32,000 nt of DNA from Thermodesulfobacterium commune DSM 2178 (GTDB lineage Bacteria > Desulfobacterota > Thermodesulfobacteria > Thermodesulfobacteriales > Thermodesulfobacteriaceae). Position numbers and translations under genes: made by a program. Below the pieces are notes generated by a model. It searched no databases. It was not told the DNA's origin and was given only the letters and a program-made list of their open reading frames with translations. The stretch is taken from positions 1,050,001-1,082,000 of the forward strand of contig NZ_CP008796.1 in NCBI RefSeq assembly GCF_000734015.1. The letters are read 5' to 3'. Shown here one piece after another: positions 17,258 through 27,358 of the stretch (position 1 is its first letter; every line of letters begins with the position of its first letter).

Positions 17258-17992
17258 CCAAAACATCATAATTGGGGCTGCTTCAGGCATATCTTACAAG
17301 TAAATTCTTTTTTCTTTTTTCATCTATTTCCAGTAGCTTTTATCTGTGCTGGGGTAATCCACAGGTTTTACAAAAAAGATTTAACCTCATCAGTAAAAAC
17401 CCCCGAAGAAGCCTTAAAATATAGATACAATAAGCCTTCGGTCATTAAATCTTCTTTGGTAGTCCTAATCACAGTAATTCTTTTCTTTTTAAACGTACCT
17501 ATGGAAATTGTTTCTATAGGTGTAGGGTCATTTCTGTTGATTACCAGAAGGGTTAAGCCTGAAAAGGTGTATAACCTGATAGACTTTAGACTTTTAATCC
17601 TTTTTATAGGGCTTTTTATCGTCATAAAAGGGGTTGAAAAATCTGTAGTTTTTTATAGTTTGGTAGAACATTTTCAGATGTTAGTAACGGCCCCTCTATC
17701 TTTGGTATTTTCTTCTCTCTTAGTTTCTAACGTTGTAAGCAACGTTCCTGCAGTTTTGATCTTTAAACCTCTTATAGTTAATTACTTTAATGACGAAAAA
17801 GCCTGGTTTTTCTTAGCGATGTCCTCGACTTTTGCAGGGAATTTAACCATCCTTGGGTCTATCGCTAACATCATCGTCATCGAAGGAGCCTCTCCAAAAG
17901 TAAAGATTGGCTTTTTTGAATACCTAAAAATCGGTCTTCCGGTAACCCTACTCTCCGTTTTAGTTGGACTTGTGATTTTAAGTTTATTTTAA
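17258..17992 (+). pseudogene. Same permease, C-terminal fragment (one more frameshift near 17295-17310)
   Basis: QNIIIGAASGISY (17259-17297) is the permease (G)NPQN-type motif region and runs into a stop at 17301. The next frame reads FFFFHLFPVAFICAGV.. through the ORF-track 17456-17992 product (..SNVVSNVPAVL..AGNLTILGSIANIIVIE..). Confidence 0.7.
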
Positions 17993-18038
17993 TTTTTCCC
18001 TCTTGTTTAAAATCAATTTTTTAATAATATAGTGTTAT

Positions 18039-18335
18039 ATGAGTCGAACGAAAAAATGGGAAAAAATTGAAGAGGCAAGAAGGATTTTAAACCTACCTAA
18101 AAAAACTACGAGAAAAGAAATTAAAGAAGCTTACCATCGTTTGGTCAAAAAACACCATCCCGATGTTGGGGGAGATAATTCTACGATAAAAAAAATAAAT
18201 GAAGCCTATGCCCTTCTTATGGAATATTGTGATAATTACTTGATAAATTTAGAACCTAATGATAATATACTTAATCCAGAAGATTGGTGGTTCGAGCATT
18301 TTGGAGAGGATCCTATTTGGGGTAAGGGAGGTTAG
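18039..18335 (+). CDS. Small stand-alone J-domain protein
   Basis: 98 aa. [31 protein letters not shown] is a J domain with HPD. No obvious SD. Its stop lies 2 nt before lysC. Confidence 0.65.
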   Translation: MSRTKKWEKIEEARRILNLPKKTTRKEIKEAYHRLVKKHHPDVGGDNSTIKKINEAYALLMEYCDNYLINLEPNDNILNPEDWWFEHFGEDPIWGKGG

Positions 18336-18337
18336 TA

Positions 18338-19600
18338 ATGTTAATAGTTCAAAAATACGGTGGAACCTCGGTAGCTAACATAGAAAGGATTAAAAAAGTA
18401 GCAGAGAGGGTAATCAAGTATAAAAAAGAAGGGCATGACCTGGTGGTGGTAGTTTCTGCGATGGCAGGAGAAACAGACCGATTGATCAATTTAGCCAAAG
18501 AGATCACCCCAAATCCTCCTCTAAGGGAGTTAGACCTTTTAGTTTCCACTGGAGAACAGGTTACCTCAGCTTTATTAGCCATAACCCTTCAAAGCATGGG
18601 ATTTGACTCAGTGGCTTTTTTAGGTTACCAAATACCTATCTACACCACCAACCTTTTTACCAAAGCCAAAATAAAGGAGATCAAGGTAGATAAAATAAAA
18701 AAAGAACTTAACCAGGGGAAAATCGTAGTAGTAGCAGGTTTCCAGGGGGTCACTGAAGAAGGAGATATAACTACCCTTGGAAGGGGTGGTTCTGATACCA
18801 CTGCAGTAGCTTTAGCTGCTGCACTAAAGGCTGACCTTTGCGAGATTTACACAGACGTTGAGGGTGTATACACTGCTGACCCACGTGTAGTAAGTAATGC
18901 TCGTAAGCTTAAAAAGATATCCTATGAAGAGATGCTTGAAATGGCAAGCAGTGGAGCTAAAGTTTTAGAAATGCGGTCTGTAGAATTAGCCATGATATAT
19001 AAAGTAAATTTAGTAGTAAAATCAAGTTTTACAGAAGCAGAGGGAACCTTAATAACCGAGGAGGATGAAGAGATGGAAAAGGTGTTAGTATCAGGTATAA
19101 CCTACAGCAGGAATGAAGCGCGTATAAGCATATATGGGGTTCCAGATAAACCAGGCATTGCAGCTCAGATCTTTAGCCCTATAGGAGAAAAGGGTATTAT
19201 TGTGGACATGATCATTCAAACGGTGCACCCTGACAATAAAGCTGATATTACCTTTACTGTCCCGAGAACAGACTATTCTCAAGCCTTAGAAATAGTAAAA
19301 GAGGTGGCTAAAAAACTAAAGGCTGAGAGAGTAGAAGGGGATGATAAAATCGCTAAAGTTTCTATCGTCGGAGCTGGTATGCGTACCCATTCAGGAGTAG
19401 CAACCAAGATGTTTGAAACTTTGGCCAAACATGGTATTAATATTATGATGATTTCTACCTCTGAAATCAAGATCTCCTGCGTGATCGACGAAAAATATAC
19501 CGAACTTGCAGTAAGAGCTTTACATGAAGCTTTTCAATTAGACCAAGAAAATATAAAAGAGGAAAAGACTTTTATAAAAAGACCTAAAAAAACTAAATAA
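18338..19600 (+). CDS. lysC: Aspartate kinase with C-terminal ACT domains
   Basis: 420 aa with [12 protein letters not shown].., GRGGSDTTA and tandem ACT regions. SD GGGAGG upstream. Confidence 0.95.
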   Translation: MLIVQKYGGTSVANIERIKKVAERVIKYKKEGHDLVVVVSAMAGETDRLINLAKEITPNPPLRELDLLVSTGEQVTSALLAITLQSMGFDSVAFLGYQIPIYTTNLFTKAKIKEIKVDKIKKELNQGKIVVVAGFQGVTEEGDITTLGRGGSDTTAVALAAALKADLCEIYTDVEGVYTADPRVVSNARKLKKISYEEMLEMASSGAKVLEMRSVELAMIYKVNLVVKSSFTEAEGTLITEEDEEMEKVLVSGITYSRNEARISIYGVPDKPGIAAQIFSPIGEKGIIVDMIIQTVHPDNKADITFTVPRTDYSQALEIVKEVAKKLKAERVEGDDKIAKVSIVGAGMRTHSGVATKMFETLAKHGINIMMISTSEIKISCVIDEKYTELAVRALHEAFQLDQENIKEEKTFIKRPKKTK

Positions 19601-19605
19601 ACACC

Positions 19606-21192
19606 ATGAAAAGAGTTGAAATATACGATACTACCTTAAGAGATGGCAGTCAAGCTGAAGAGGTTAATTTTTCTTTAGAAGACAAAATAAGGATAGCCCT
19701 GAAACTTGATGAGTTTAAAATAGACTACATAGAAGGTGGATGGCCTGGTTCTAACCCCAAAGATTTTCAGTTTTTTAAAGAAATAAAAGACTACCATCTT
19801 AAACATGCCAAAATAGTTGCCTTTGGAAGTACCTATCATCCTAAAAAATCTCCAGAAACAGACGAAATTTTTAAACAGCTTTTACAGGTGAAAGTACCTG
19901 TAGTTACCATCTTTGGTAAATCCTGGACCATACACGTAAAGGAAGCTTTAAAAATTTCTTTAGAAGAGAATTTAGAGCTCATCGGCAATTCTATCAGATA
20001 CCTTAAACCTCATGTCGAAAAAGTTTTCTTTGATGCAGAGCACTTTTTTGATGGATTCAAAGCAGATCCTCAGTATGCTTTAGCCGTTCTTAAAAAAGCC
20101 AAAGAAGCAGGAGCAGATTCCTTAATTCTTTGCGATACCAATGGGGGTACCCTTCCCCATGAGATCGGAACAATTATTACCCAGGTAAAAAAAGAATTAG
20201 GCGAGGACTTAGTTTTTGGGATACATGCTCATAACGATTCTGAGTGTGCTGTAGCCAACAGTTTAGAAGCTGTAAGATTGGGAGCCACCCAAGTTCAAGG
20301 GACGATAAACGGTATAGGAGAAAGGTGTGGTAATGCCAACCTCTGTTCTATCATACCTAACCTAGTCCTTAAGATGGGATATAGCTGTAGTTGTGCCGAA
20401 ATGCTTTATAAACTTACAGAGGTTTCTAAATATGTCTTTGAGATAGCAAATCTTTCTCATCCTCCAAGGCTTCCATTTGTAGGTCGTTCTGCTTTTGCCC
20501 ATAAAGGAGGAGTACATGTTTCTGCGGTGTTGAAGTCCCCTTCAACTTATGAACATATAGACCCGGTACTTGTGGGGAACACCAGAAGAGTCTTAGTTTC
20601 AGAACTTTCTGGTAAAAGCAACATCATCTATAAAGCCAAAGAACTGGGGATTGACTTAGAATTAGATAGTCCTCTTTTAAGTAAAATAGTAGAGGAAATA
20701 AAAAAATTAGAGGCAAACGGGTTTGAGTTTGAAGCTGCAGAAGCCAGTTTGGAGCTTTTAATCTATCGTTTGATGGGAGAGCCTAAACAGTACTTTGAAC
20801 TTTTAAGTTACAAAGTGCTTGACCTAAAGTCTTATAAACACGAAGCTCAATCTGAAGCGACAGTGATCGTAAGGGTACCACCTGGTGTAGGAGAAGTAGA
20901 ACATACTGCAGCCTTAGGCAATGGACCTGTTAACGCCCTTGACAATGCCTTAAGAAAGGCTTTAGAAAGGTTTTATCCTCAAATCAAGGAGATGGAACTT
21001 GAAGACTACAAAGTTAGGGTACTCCCGGGACTTCCTGGTACCTCTTCTAAAGTGAGGGTGTTTATCCTTTCTAAAAGTAAAGACAAAAAGTGGGGGACCG
21101 TCGGGGTATCAACAGACATTTTAGAGGCAAGCTGTCAAGCCTTGATAGATTCCTACACTTATAAACTTTTTCTTGACAAAAGAAAAAAATAA
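19606..21192 (+). CDS. cimA: Citramalate synthase / 2-isopropylmalate synthase family (CimA-type)
   Basis: 528 aa with YDTTLRDGSQAE..EGGWPGSNPKD, HAHND and a C-terminal LeuA-dimer-like domain. Length and N-terminus fit the CimA subgroup. Confidence 0.85.
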   Translation: MKRVEIYDTTLRDGSQAEEVNFSLEDKIRIALKLDEFKIDYIEGGWPGSNPKDFQFFKEIKDYHLKHAKIVAFGSTYHPKKSPETDEIFKQLLQVKVPVVTIFGKSWTIHVKEALKISLEENLELIGNSIRYLKPHVEKVFFDAEHFFDGFKADPQYALAVLKKAKEAGADSLILCDTNGGTLPHEIGTIITQVKKELGEDLVFGIHAHNDSECAVANSLEAVRLGATQVQGTINGIGERCGNANLCSIIPNLVLKMGYSCSCAEMLYKLTEVSKYVFEIANLSHPPRLPFVGRSAFAHKGGVHVSAVLKSPSTYEHIDPVLVGNTRRVLVSELSGKSNIIYKAKELGIDLELDSPLLSKIVEEIKKLEANGFEFEAAEASLELLIYRLMGEPKQYFELLSYKVLDLKSYKHEAQSEATVIVRVPPGVGEVEHTAALGNGPVNALDNALRKALERFYPQIKEMELEDYKVRVLPGLPGTSSKVRVFILSKSKDKKWGTVGVSTDILEASCQALIDSYTYKLFLDKRKK

Positions 21193-21193
21193 A

Positions 21194-21952
21194 ATGTCCG
21201 TTAAAATTTCGTTAGTAGGTAAAGGAGGAACAGGGAAAACCACCGTCTGTGCTTTGCTTATTAATTACTTAATAGAAAAAAACTTTACCCCCTTTTTAGC
21301 CGTAGATGCAGACCCTAATTACAACCTAAACGAGCTTTTAGGAATTAAAGAGTTCAAAACCTTAAGTGAAATAAGAGAAGAGATTCTTGCTCATAAAGTA
21401 CCTGAGTTTATGTCTCGTTATGAATTCGTTGAGATGAAAATAAACGAAATTTTAATAGAAAATCCAGGCTTTGAGCTTTTAGTAATGGGTTATCCTGAAA
21501 AAGCGGGTTGTTATTGTCCTATACACTCTTTTCTTTCCCAAGCTTTAGCCAGGTTGTTTAAAAACTATCCATACGTGGTTATAGACAACGAAGCAGGCAT
21601 GGAGCATCTTTCTAGGTTAAACCTAACTCAAATGGACCATCTTATCATCGTTTCAGACCCAAATCCTCGAGGAATACTTACAGCCGAAAGGATTTGGAAG
21701 TTAGTACAATCCCTTAAGGTTGAAGCCAAAAAAATCTGGCTGTTAATAAACAAAGTGTCAACTGACATGGAAGAAGAGATAGAAGAATTGGTTAAAAAAA
21801 ATATAAAAGAACCTCAGATTAGTCTATTAGGATTTTTACCAGAAACAAATACTTTGGTTGAGTATGAGTTAAACTCTTATCCTGTTTTTGAATGGGATCA
21901 AAATTTTAAAACCCAAGCCTACCAAATTTTCGATAAACTCTGGGAGCAGTAA
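21194..21952 (+). CDS. CooC/MinD-type P-loop ATPase
   Basis: MSVKISLVGKGGTGKTT deviant Walker A, then AVDADPN. The ATG at 21194 follows the cimA stop. The ORF-track start at 21173 lies inside cimA. Confidence 0.75.
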   Translation: MSVKISLVGKGGTGKTTVCALLINYLIEKNFTPFLAVDADPNYNLNELLGIKEFKTLSEIREEILAHKVPEFMSRYEFVEMKINEILIENPGFELLVMGYPEKAGCYCPIHSFLSQALARLFKNYPYVVIDNEAGMEHLSRLNLTQMDHLIIVSDPNPRGILTAERIWKLVQSLKVEAKKIWLLINKVSTDMEEEIEELVKKNIKEPQISLLGFLPETNTLVEYELNSYPVFEWDQNFKTQAYQIFDKLWEQ

Positions 21953-21953
21953 G

Positions 21954-23423
21954 ATGAAAGAAAAAACCTTAAGACTTTACAACACGTTAACCAAAAAATT
22001 GGAGAAATTTTCCCCTTTAAACCCCCCAAAAGTAACGATGTATGTGTGCGGTATTACTGCATACGATTCTCCTCATTTAGGACATATACGATCTGCTGTG
22101 GTCTTTGACGTTTTAACTCGAGTACTAACCTATTTAGGATATGAAGTAGTTTATGTAAGAAATATTACAGACATTGACGATAAAATCATCAATCGATCCA
22201 ACCAGGAAGGTATTTTCTGGAAAGATTTGGTAGAAAAATATGTTAAAGAATATGAAACAGCCGTTGAAAAACTGAATTTATTAAAACCTACTTATACCCC
22301 TAAAGCCTCAGAACATATTCCAGAAATTATCAGTCTTATACAAATTTTAATAGAGCGGGGGTTAGCTTATCAAAGTAACGGAGATGTTTATTTTAGAGTA
22401 GAAAAATTTCCTTCTTATGGAAAACTCTCTGGGCGAAAAATCGAAGAGTTGCTTTCTGGGGTAAGGATTGAGGTTTCAGAAAAGAAAGAGAATCCTTTAG
22501 ACTTCGCTTTATGGAAATCTGCCAAGCCAGGAGAACCTTTCTGGGAAAGTCCTTGGGGATTAGGACGTCCAGGATGGCATATAGAATGTTCTGCCATGGC
22601 ACTAAAATACCTTGGAGAAACCTTAGACATACATGGAGGTGGACTTGATCTAATCTTTCCCCATCATGAAAACGAGATAGCCCAAAGCGAAGGGGCTACA
22701 GGAAAACCTTTTGTCAGATATTTTGTCCATCATGGTTTGATAACCATAAACGGAGAAAAAATGTCTAAAAGCCTGGGAAACTTTGTAACTATGGAATGGC
22801 TTTTTGAACGTTTCCATCCAGAGGTCATCAAAACCTTTCTTCTTTCCATGCATTACAGAAGTCCCTTAGACTATTCCGAAGAAAGCCTGAAAAACACAGA
22901 AAAAGCTGTGTATGGATTTTATGAGACTTTATACTGGGCCGAAAAAGTACAAAGCTTAAAGGAGGGACTCCTTTCAGAAAAAGCAAGACGTTTAGAAAAA
23001 ACATATCAAGAATTTAAAACTAAATTTATCTCTGCCCTTTTAGAAGACTTAAATACAGCTATGGCCTTGGGATATCTTTTTAATTTGGAAAAAGAACTTT
23101 ACAACTTTGTAAGTAAAACTCCTCAACTTACGTCTGAAGAAGAAATTCTGGTTAAAAGCATCGCTAAAGACGTAAGAAACGAAGCCTCCAAACTTTTAGG
23201 ACTTTTCCAAACTGACCCAATTTCTTTCTGGAAAACTGAAAGAGAAAAAAAACTTAAACCTTTAAGTTTAACCTTAGAAGAAGTAGAAAAATTAGTCAGA
23301 GAAAGAGAAAAAGCAAGAAAAGAAAAAAACTTTCAGCAAGCAGACCGGATAAGAGAAGAGCTACAGAAAAAAGGCATCATTCTAAAGGACACAAAAACAG
23401 AAACCTTTTGGTGGGTAGAATAA
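21954..23423 (+). CDS. cysS: Cysteine--tRNA ligase
   Basis: MKEKTLRLYNTLT.., HIGH-type PHLGHIRS, KMSKS. The ATG at 21954 comes right after the upstream stop. The ORF-track start at 21888 is an upstream extension. Confidence 0.95.
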   Translation: MKEKTLRLYNTLTKKLEKFSPLNPPKVTMYVCGITAYDSPHLGHIRSAVVFDVLTRVLTYLGYEVVYVRNITDIDDKIINRSNQEGIFWKDLVEKYVKEYETAVEKLNLLKPTYTPKASEHIPEIISLIQILIERGLAYQSNGDVYFRVEKFPSYGKLSGRKIEELLSGVRIEVSEKKENPLDFALWKSAKPGEPFWESPWGLGRPGWHIECSAMALKYLGETLDIHGGGLDLIFPHHENEIAQSEGATGKPFVRYFVHHGLITINGEKMSKSLGNFVTMEWLFERFHPEVIKTFLLSMHYRSPLDYSEESLKNTEKAVYGFYETLYWAEKVQSLKEGLLSEKARRLEKTYQEFKTKFISALLEDLNTAMALGYLFNLEKELYNFVSKTPQLTSEEEILVKSIAKDVRNEASKLLGLFQTDPISFWKTEREKKLKPLSLTLEEVEKLVREREKARKEKNFQQADRIREELQKKGIILKDTKTETFWWVE

Positions 23424-23424
23424 A

Positions 23425-23931
23425 ATGATATGGTTTGACTATGTAGCCTTAGCTATTTTAAGTTATTTTACAATAAGAGGTTTTTTGTCAGGTTTTGTAA
23501 AAACCATAGCCTCTCTTTTAGGGATGGTGATAGCCTTTCTTTACTCAGGATGGCTTTCTATAAAAATAGCACCCTTTGTAGGGAGTATCACCACCTCAAA
23601 CCCCAAAGTTCTTCCCATCCTAAGTTTTATCTTATCCTTTGCTATGATCTATCTAAGCTTTGTGTTAGCAGGGTTTCTTCTATCAGTCTTTTTGGGTAAA
23701 TTAAACCTTACGCTGGCAGATAGAATTTTAGGAAGTATATTAGGCCTTATTAAAGCCTCTCTTTTTATTACCTTTATCTATCTTCTCTTAGTAATTCCCT
23801 ATCCACCCTCTAAAAATAACTTAAAGACTGCTTTAACCTACCCTATCGTAGAAAAAACCCTAAAAATTTCTTCACCCTTTATTCCTGAGAGCTGGAAAAC
23901 TTTTCTTAAAAAAAGAGAAGTGTTAACTTAA
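23425..23931 (+). CDS. cvpA: CvpA-family membrane protein
   Basis: 168 aa with four hydrophobic helices and the N-terminus MIWFDYVALAILSYFTIRGFLSGF typical of CvpA. Confidence 0.75.
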   Translation: MIWFDYVALAILSYFTIRGFLSGFVKTIASLLGMVIAFLYSGWLSIKIAPFVGSITTSNPKVLPILSFILSFAMIYLSFVLAGFLLSVFLGKLNLTLADRILGSILGLIKASLFITFIYLLLVIPYPPSKNNLKTALTYPIVEKTLKISSPFIPESWKTFLKKREVLT

Positions 23932-24512
23932 AGGGTACCTTTAGTCGAAAAGACCTCTTGAGAAAGAGGGGTTAAAGCCTTTCTAAAAGCATGAGCTAAA
24001 GCTTTAAATATACTTTCGGCTATGTGATGAGAATTTTTGCCATAAAAATTTCTCACATGAAGAGTGAACCTACCGTTTACAACTAAAGCCCTTAGAAACT
24101 CTTCTATAAGCTCTACATCGAAACTTCCTATCTTTTCGGTGGGGAAGTTAACCAAAAAAACAAAATAAGGTCTCTTAGCAAGATCTATTACCACCTGAGT
24201 TAAAGCCTCTTCCATAGGGATGGTTGCTTCTCCATAACGGGCCATACCTCGTCTGTCTTCCAAGGCTTCGTCTAAAGCCTCTCCTAAGGTAATTCCTATG
24301 TCTTCTACGGTATGATGGTAGTCTACCTCAAGATCTCCTCTTGCTTCTACTTGAAGTTTGATCCCTGAGTGAAAGGCAAAAAGCTCAAGCATATGGTCTA
24401 AAAACCCTATCCCTGTGTTGATCACATTTTCCTCTAACCACTCTCCGGTTAAATCTAACCTTATTTCTACTTCAGTCTCCAAGGTATATCGCTTCTTTTC
24501 AACAGTTTTCAT
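23928..24512 (-). CDS. hisB: Imidazoleglycerol-phosphate dehydratase
   Basis: MKTVEKKRYTLETEVEI..GIGFLDHML..HH..ED. Start at 24512 preceded by AAGGAG. The longer ORF-track start (24548) would overlap truA. Confidence 0.93.
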   Translation of the reverse strand: MKTVEKKRYTLETEVEIRLDLTGEWLEENVINTGIGFLDHMLELFAFHSGIKLQVEARGDLEVDYHHTVEDIGITLGEALDEALEDRRGMARYGEATIPMEEALTQVVIDLAKRPYFVFLVNFPTEKIGSFDVELIEEFLRALVVNGRFTLHVRNFYGKNSHHIAESIFKALAHAFRKALTPLSQEVFSTKGTL

Positions 24513-24531
24513 GTTTAACTCCTTACACAGA

Positions 24532-25338
24532 TTAGATTTTAACCTCAAAAGGAGGATAACTCTCTAACACCTTAACGTCAAGATATTCAACCTTTTTCAG
24601 GATCAAACCTTGAGGAGGAGCAGGAGGTGGTGCTACTTTTCTATCTTTTGCGTTAAGGATGTTTTCGAAATCCTCTACCGTAAGACGCCCCTTTCCTACT
24701 TCAACCAAAGCTCCTACAAGGTTTCTCACCATATAACGCATAAAACCCCTACCCTCTATCGTAAAAACGATCATGTTAGAATTTTCTAATGACCTTTCTA
24801 AGGTTGCCTGATAAATCGTTCTAACCGTAGTTTTAACCTCTGTTCCAGCCTTTCTAAAACTGGCAAAATCTTTTTCTCCGATAATTAAAGGCAAACAACT
24901 TTTCATGGCTTCTAAATCAAGCGGCTCGGGCACCCACCAAGAATAAAGTCTCAAAAGAGGGTTTTTTATGGGATAATTATAAATCTGATAGACATAAGTT
25001 TTTTTATATGCATGCTTTTGTGCATGAAACTTAAAATCAACCTCCTCTACCTTCCAAACGGAAATGTCCTTAGGCAAGAGGCTGTTTAAAGCTTTAAAGA
25101 TTATCTCTAAAGGCCTATCTGAAGTAGTCAAAAAATGAGCGACTTGATGAAGGGCATGAACCCCGGCATCTGTTCTCCCTGAAGCCTTCAACGTTACTTT
25201 ATGTCCGAGGATCTTAGATAAAACCTCTTGGATGACTCCTTGGACCGTTGGCCCCTTAGGTTGTATCTGCCAACCTAAATAATTAGTTCCATCATAAGCT
25301 ATAAACAATCGAATATTTCTTATGTTGACCTCAGCCAT
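24532..25338 (-). CDS. truA: tRNA pseudouridine(38-40) synthase
   Basis: 268 aa with YDGTNYLGWQ and the catalytic motif GRTDAGVHA. Confidence 0.93.
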   Translation of the reverse strand: MAEVNIRNIRLFIAYDGTNYLGWQIQPKGPTVQGVIQEVLSKILGHKVTLKASGRTDAGVHALHQVAHFLTTSDRPLEIIFKALNSLLPKDISVWKVEEVDFKFHAQKHAYKKTYVYQIYNYPIKNPLLRLYSWWVPEPLDLEAMKSCLPLIIGEKDFASFRKAGTEVKTTVRTIYQATLERSLENSNMIVFTIEGRGFMRYMVRNLVGALVEVGKGRLTVEDFENILNAKDRKVAPPPAPPQGLILKKVEYLDVKVLESYPPFEVKI

Positions 25339-25340
25339 TT

Positions 25341-26375
25341 TTAAACAAACACAGGAGAAAAAGGAAGTCCTGTTTCTTCGGGAAAACCAAACATTAGGTT
25401 AAAATTTTGTAAAGCCTGACCACTTGCACCTTTAATCAAGTTATCAATCACAGAAGTGATAACCACAAAACCTCTTTTTTTGTCTTCAAAAAGGCCTATT
25501 TTGCAAAGGTTGGTGCCTTTAACTTCTTTAATCGTGGGGACTGTGCCTTCAGGAGCTAAACGTACAAAAGGTCTATTTTGATAAAAAGTTTGTAAACAAT
25601 CTCTTAAAACTTTTACTGGATATTTAGCCCTCACATAGATCGTAGAAAAAATCCCACGGTTTATAGGTAAAAGATGGGGGGTAAAAACCACCTTTACCTC
25701 TTTTCTGGCAAACAAAGAAAGTTTTTCTTCTATTTCTGGATTGTGTCTGTGAGAAGCTATTTTATAAGCCTTAAAATCTTCGTTTACTTCACAAAAACTG
25801 TAATAAAGGTCTGCCTTTCTTCCAGCCCCTGAGGTTCCACTCTTTGAGTCGGCTATGATAAAATCAGTCTCTACAAGGTCTTCCTTAACCAAAGGAATTA
25901 AAGGTAAAAGTATAGAGGTTGGATAGCATCCTGGGTTTGCCACCAAATCTGCCTTTTTAATCTCCTCTGTAAAAACTTCGCATAACCCATAAACTGCTTT
26001 GTCATTAAGCTCTGGATAAACATAAGGCAGTTGATATGTTTCTTCAAACACCGAAATAGACTTAAACCTAAAATCTGCAGAAAAATCGATGACCTTTACT
26101 TTATGTGTTAAAAACTGATAAGCTAATTCTTGAGCCTTTCCAGCAGGGACACATAAAAAAGCCACATCTACCTTAGGGGCTATGTTTTCTACCACAGGAG
26201 CTTCAAAAACAAGATCTTTATATTTTCCACTCCAACGACAAACTTCTTCTAAAGACCTACCCTGATTTTCTCGAGAGGTGATAACTTCGATTTGAAGTCC
26301 AGGATGTTTTTCTACTAACCTTAAAAGTTCAAGCCCTGTATATCCTGTAGCCCCTATAATAGCTGCTTTTATCAT
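25341..26375 (-). CDS. argC: N-acetyl-gamma-glutamyl-phosphate reductase
   Basis: 344 aa with IIGATGYTGLELLRL and the active-site region NPGCYPT. Confidence 0.95.
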   Translation of the reverse strand: MIKAAIIGATGYTGLELLRLVEKHPGLQIEVITSRENQGRSLEEVCRWSGKYKDLVFEAPVVENIAPKVDVAFLCVPAGKAQELAYQFLTHKVKVIDFSADFRFKSISVFEETYQLPYVYPELNDKAVYGLCEVFTEEIKKADLVANPGCYPTSILLPLIPLVKEDLVETDFIIADSKSGTSGAGRKADLYYSFCEVNEDFKAYKIASHRHNPEIEEKLSLFARKEVKVVFTPHLLPINRGIFSTIYVRAKYPVKVLRDCLQTFYQNRPFVRLAPEGTVPTIKEVKGTNLCKIGLFEDKKRGFVVITSVIDNLIKGASGQALQNFNLMFGFPEETGLPFSPVFV

Positions 26376-26401
26376 AAAAGATAACTTGGATTTAAAAATT
26401 T

Positions 26402-26426
26402 AAAAGGGGCTACCTGAAGTAGCCCC
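26402..26426 (-). terminator. Intrinsic terminator after rpsI
   Basis: On the - strand: GGGGCTAC-TTCAG-GTAGCCCC (8-bp perfect stem) followed by TTTTAAATTTTT, 10 nt after the rpsI stop. Confidence 0.65.
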
Positions 26427-26435
26427 AAATAGCCA

Positions 26436-26825
26436 TTAACGTTTGGAGTACTGTTGACCTCTTCTGGCTCCTCTCAATCCATATTTCTTTCTTTCTTTTT
26501 CACGTGGATCGCGAGTGATAAAACCGGCTTTCTTAAGAACTACTTTTAAATCAGGAGAATATAAGACTAAAGCACGAGCTATTCCATGTCTTATGGCTTC
26601 AGCCTGAGCGGCCTTACCTCCACCTTTTACCGTACATTTTACATCAAACTTACCTAAGAGATTGGTAATTTTAAATGGGGCAAACAAAACATCTTCTGCT
26701 ACGATATGGTCATAAAAGTATTCGTTATAAGGCTTATCATTTACAATAATTTGTCCTGTACCAGGATAAATCCATACCCTGGCCACAGCGGTTTTTCTTT
26801 TGCCGGTGGCGTAAATTCTTTCCAT
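26436..26825 (-). CDS. rpsI: 30S ribosomal protein S9
   Basis: 129 aa with the canonical C-terminus ..KYGLRGARRGQQYSKR. Confidence 0.97.
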   Translation of the reverse strand: MERIYATGKRKTAVARVWIYPGTGQIIVNDKPYNEYFYDHIVAEDVLFAPFKITNLLGKFDVKCTVKGGGKAAQAEAIRHGIARALVLYSPDLKVVLKKAGFITRDPREKERKKYGLRGARRGQQYSKR

Positions 26826-26839
26826 GTTCTACTACCTCC

Positions 26840-27286
26840 TTAAAGGTCCAAAGGTTTAGGGTTTTGAGCTATATGAGGATGAGTGGAACCAGCATATATT
26901 TTAAGTTTTTTAAGCAACTTTTTTCTCATCCTGTTACGAGGAAGCATCCTTTTTACAGCAAGAAGAATAACCTTTGCTGGATCCTTAGCTAAAAGCTGCT
27001 TAGCTGTCTCCAACTTTAAACCACCCATATAGCCAGTATGACGCCAATAAACCTTCTGCTCAAGTTTTTTACCCGTAAGTTTAACTTTTTCTGCATTGAT
27101 AACAACTATAAAATCAGCTTGATCTACATGGGGAGTATAATCCGGACGGTTTTTTCCCTGTAAAAGAGTAGCTATTTTACTAGCTAATCTACCAAGCACT
27201 TTGTCTTTAGCATCCACTAAATACCATTCTCTTTTTACCTCTTCCTTTTTTACCCAAGGAGTTTGGGGGGTTAATACTGAAGACAT
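26840..27286 (-). CDS. rplM: 50S ribosomal protein L13
   Basis: 148 aa with [32 protein letters not shown] upstream. Confidence 0.97.
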   Translation of the reverse strand: MSSVLTPQTPWVKKEEVKREWYLVDAKDKVLGRLASKIATLLQGKNRPDYTPHVDQADFIVVINAEKVKLTGKKLEQKVYWRHTGYMGGLKLETAKQLLAKDPAKVILLAVKRMLPRNRMRKKLLKKLKIYAGSTHPHIAQNPKPLDL

Positions 27287-27330
27287 ACTTCCTGCCTCCT
27301 GCTTTTAAAAATTAAAAACGTAGTTTTATA

Positions 27331-27358
27331 ACTTTATGCCAAAAATTCATTTTGTCAA
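27331..27358 (-). promoter_or_regulatory. Candidate promoter for rplM-rpsI
   Basis: On the - strand: TTGACA (27358-27353), 16-nt spacer, TAAAGT (27336-27331), about 45 nt upstream of the rplM ATG. Confidence 0.3.

Noticed and set aside
15908-17290. 10-bp CTTCAGGCAT at both sides of the IS256 element as its target-site duplication
   Set aside because: The 23 nt preceding the right copy encode the permease motif QNIIIGAA. The IS therefore must end near 17257, and the two 10-mers are not the immediate flanks.
5329-24548. Longer ORF-track starts at 5329 (TTG), 21173, 21888 and 24548
   Set aside because: The downstream ATGs (5350, 21194, 21954, 24512) give conventional N-termini, have SD sequences or abut the upstream stop, and avoid long overlaps with the preceding gene.
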